Shown piece by piece: positions 61,001 through 64,000 of a DNA stretch of 64,000 bases. The notes under the pieces were generated by a model. It was not told the DNA's origin, ran no database searches, and worked only from the letters and a program-made list of their open reading frames with translations. Numbering within the stretch: position 1 is the first letter of the stretch; each line of letters starts with the position of its first letter. The translations under genes were made by a program, and so were the position numbers. Source of the stretch: Hyphochytrium catenoides. Lineage: Eukaryota > Protista > Hyphochytriomycota. The stretch spans positions 62,001 to 126,000 of the forward strand of contig FLMG01000904.1 in the NCBI GenBank assembly GCA_900088475.1, given 5' to 3'.

Positions 61001-63463
61001 TCTAGTGTCTTTGGAGAGTTGTGTCATTGGACGGTCAGCTCATAGAGACTTCGGGAGCTATGTCTGGTGGAGGTAACAGAACGAGAAGAGGAGGCATGGC
61101 TGCTCAGCTTATTACGGTAACTCCTAATAATGAGAACGCTAGACTACAGTGGTCCAGAGAGAATCGTCTTTGTTAAAGTTTACTATCTTGCTCTTAGACA
61201 TCGCCGGAGGAGCTAAACAACATGCAGAGGGATATGGATCAATTGATGAAAGAGCTAGACAGCCTTCGCATACGAAAAAGAGAGCTTGACAGTGAAGCCC
61301 GCCACCTCAAAGGTCAGTATCTTCAGAAGGACCAAATCTTGGGTTAATCGAGGCTAAAATTGTTATAATGACAGGTGAAGCTTCTTCGCTTGAACTGAAG
61401 ATCCAGAAGCTGGAGTTAGGCTTGGCTGCAGGCCGCTCAGCCAGGACAGATCTCGAGGCTACAATTTCAGCATTAATGTCCAAGACTCACCTTCCAGAGA
61501 CGGATCAAAAAAAGCTGGAAGGCAAGCGCACCACTGACANNNNNNNNNNNNNNNNNNNNNNNNNNNNNNNNNNNNNNNNNNNNNNNNNNNNNNNNNNNTG
61601 CTTGCTGACCCTCTGTTCGGGTTTCTCAATGTTAGCTAAGAAGAGCAGCCCGTCCCCCACCTCCTAAGAAAAATGTCTCCACCACTCCCACACCTTAGCT
61701 TGCAGAGCTCTCAAGCGCCCATGACGCTGCCATAACGGCTGTCAGCAAGGCTAAGATGGAAGTCAAGTCTTGCGATAAGAACATGAACAAAGCAGAGAAG
61801 GCCATAGAGAGCGCTAGCCAAGAAAGCGAGAGTCTAGAAGATCAACTTCAAAAGATGCGACTTGAATTCAAAGCTATAGAAGATGNNNNNNNNNNNNNNN
61901 NNNNNNNNNNNNNNNNNGAAAAAGATAGTCAACAAGATCCGGACAGTGGAGGTGGATATCCAGAATCAGCTAGAAGACTATGAGAGGACAATGAAAGAAA
62001 ACAAGAGCAAACAAGAACACTGGCTGCGAAAGAAGCAAGCCATCCTGGAGGTATGGTCCTTTTACGTCTTTGGTCACAAGCCAGATCTTCCATTACGCTT
62101 ATATATCTTCTTAGCCCTCACCAGCACTATCTTCGTCCCACGCTTGAGCTCTGACTCGCTAGTTTTACCTCTTCCTTTATATTAATGACGTTCAACAACA
62201 GGAATTCAAGGATCAGGTAGCCGAAGTCAGGGAGCTGCTCGGTGACAATGTCGAGCAAGTTGATGATAAGGGGGATGTTCTTGAAGGTCTGCTGCCCACT
62301 CTACTGGTGGTTTTACGAATATTTATCCCATAACCTTGTAAACTTTATCAAGGTAAATTCGGAAGCTTGGAAACGCCACCTGCTCTCTCTGAAGATGAAC
62401 TTAGCCGCGCTGACAAGGAGGAAGTGAAGTATAAGATCACGATGCTGGAGCATGAGCGTGACAAGCTCAAAGCTAACGTCAATATGGGCGCCATAGCTGA
62501 ATTCAAGAAGAAGGAGAAAGAATACTTGGTATGTCTGAAGGCGAACAACGAGTGCTAAAACAGTACTCTTAATCGCATTTGTCCTTGTGTTGTGTGTGCT
62601 CTTATAGGGCCGTATGAAGGAGTTTGAAGAGGTTACCAACGAAAGAGACGTGTGTAGACAGAAATACGAGAACCTTCGCAGGCAGCGGCTAGAAGAGTTC
62701 ATGGCTGGCTTCAGTGTCATTACGTAAGTTGGAAGGCTATAAGTAGGAACTCGACCAGAACTAAGTGAATGGACCTTTCACGACTATTGCCGCGCTGTTG
62801 CCCTATTCAAACGGATGCAGACTGAAGCTCAAGGAAATGTACCAGATGATTACGCTAGGGGGCGATGCAGAACTGGAGCTGGTTGATTCCTTGGATCCTT
62901 TCTCGGAAGGGATTGTCTTTAGTGTACGCCCACCGAAAAAGAGCTGGAAAAATATTTCCAATCTGTCAGGAGGGGAAAAGACACTCTCATCTCTTGCTCT
63001 GGTACGTATATTTGGCATAATTTCTAGCATAAAGCTGCAGCGCCCATTTCAATTCATGTTATTAAAATCACCGCCTGTGTAGGTATTCGCCTTGCATCAT
63101 TACAAGCCCACTCCTCTTTATGTTATGGATGAGATAGATGCAGCCCTTGACTTCAAGAATGTGTCAATTGGTAAATGTTTGTTGTACGGAACTATGTGTC
63201 GCGCCCACTCACACTTTGCCGCGACTATAGTGGCGACGTATATCAAGGAAAGGACCAAGGACGCTCAATTTATCATTATTTCCTTAAGGAACAACATGTT
63301 TGAGCTCGCAGATCGGCTTGTTGGTATCTACAAGACAGACAATGCCACCAAGTCCTTGACCATAAATCCAAAGGCGTTTGCCATGCGAGGAACAGAAACC
63401 AACTCGCCACAACAAGTAGCTCTCGTGGACAGGACCAACACTGCCCCCGCCACTGTTGCTTGA
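58031..63463 (+). CDS. SMC4: Condensin subunit SMC4, multi-exon
   Basis: MVLENFKSYAG, Walker A GPNGSGKSNVIDA, LLKEKGIDLDNNRFLILQGEVEQIA, hinge GRLGDLGAIDSKYDVAIST, LGGDAELELVDSLDPFSEGI, signature LSGGEKTLSSLAL, Walker B YVMDEIDAALDFKN. N gaps 61540-61598 and 61886-61917. Confidence 0.97.
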
Positions 63464-64000
63464 TCCTCTATTCCTTTGACCATGACTGTCTGATCGGTGC
63501 TTCCTGCTGCCATGAAGTTGGCCAGTAGGATCACTTGACGTTTGTTCTTTGACTCTCCGTTTAGTTTACATGGTACCATTTCATTTTCCTTGTCACAACA
63601 ATATCATCCCTAACACCTAAAAAAGATACTTTCCATAAAATTGACCACTGGTACTAGCTTGATCTGATCCTAGAAGTCGGCGACAGGAGTGGTTCAGCGT
63701 ATTGACTTGTTTTTCAGGAGAGCAGCCAGATGTCCACTTGAGCACTTGATTGCATTTAGCCCCAAAGTGCAAATGAAAGAATCATGGCGGAAGCTCGACT
63801 TCTCAGGGTTTCTATGATCAATGGACAGACCGTTGCTACATCACTAGGCTCTCTTGCAGATACACTCTGCTGTCTAACAAAACATGCTCACGAGAGCCCA
63901 CATGTAGCACATAATAACTCTATTGGAAACAAGTCGAATAGTAATAGACGGTTTATCATTATAATTAATCCACCCACAACGATGAAAATGCAGCTGCGAG

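Overview
Eukaryotic, intron-dense genomic DNA (short GT-AG introns with CTAAC/CTGAC-type branch points; six small N gaps). Gene content (pentafunctional AROM, CDPK, an oomycete-type C-x6-C-x15-C-x2-H protein) points to a protist, most plausibly a stramenopile; this is inference, not a taxonomic call. About 15 protein-coding genes can be supported: AROM (5' partial), a spliced single-polypeptide FAAL-ACP-alpha-oxoamine synthase, a Ubl-TPR-SGNH-like protein, a non-RD CDPK, a putative Zn-finger transcription factor, an intronless prokaryote-type DUF1893 gene, a PX-BAR sorting nexin, NUP42/CG1-like nucleoporin, a Lys-rich unknown, R1R2R3-Myb, an Ig-PH/coiled-coil protein, a small probably mitochondrial unknown, an ankyrin protein with a C-terminal F-box-like motif, an IQ/WW protein and SMC4. 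Gene-poor stretches (about 23.3-27.9 kb and 43.7-47.9 kb) carry faint hAT- and DIRS-like transposon relics and two long inverted repeats. The best candidate for an undescribed system is the intron-containing FAAL-ACP-AOS fusion (8380-13196), a self-contained assembly line predicted to make a fatty-acyl alpha-aminoketone (sphingoid-base-like) lipid, with non-canonical AOS active-site motifs, lying directly downstream of AROM. Exon boundaries were inferred by eye and all family assignments are motif-based, without database searches.
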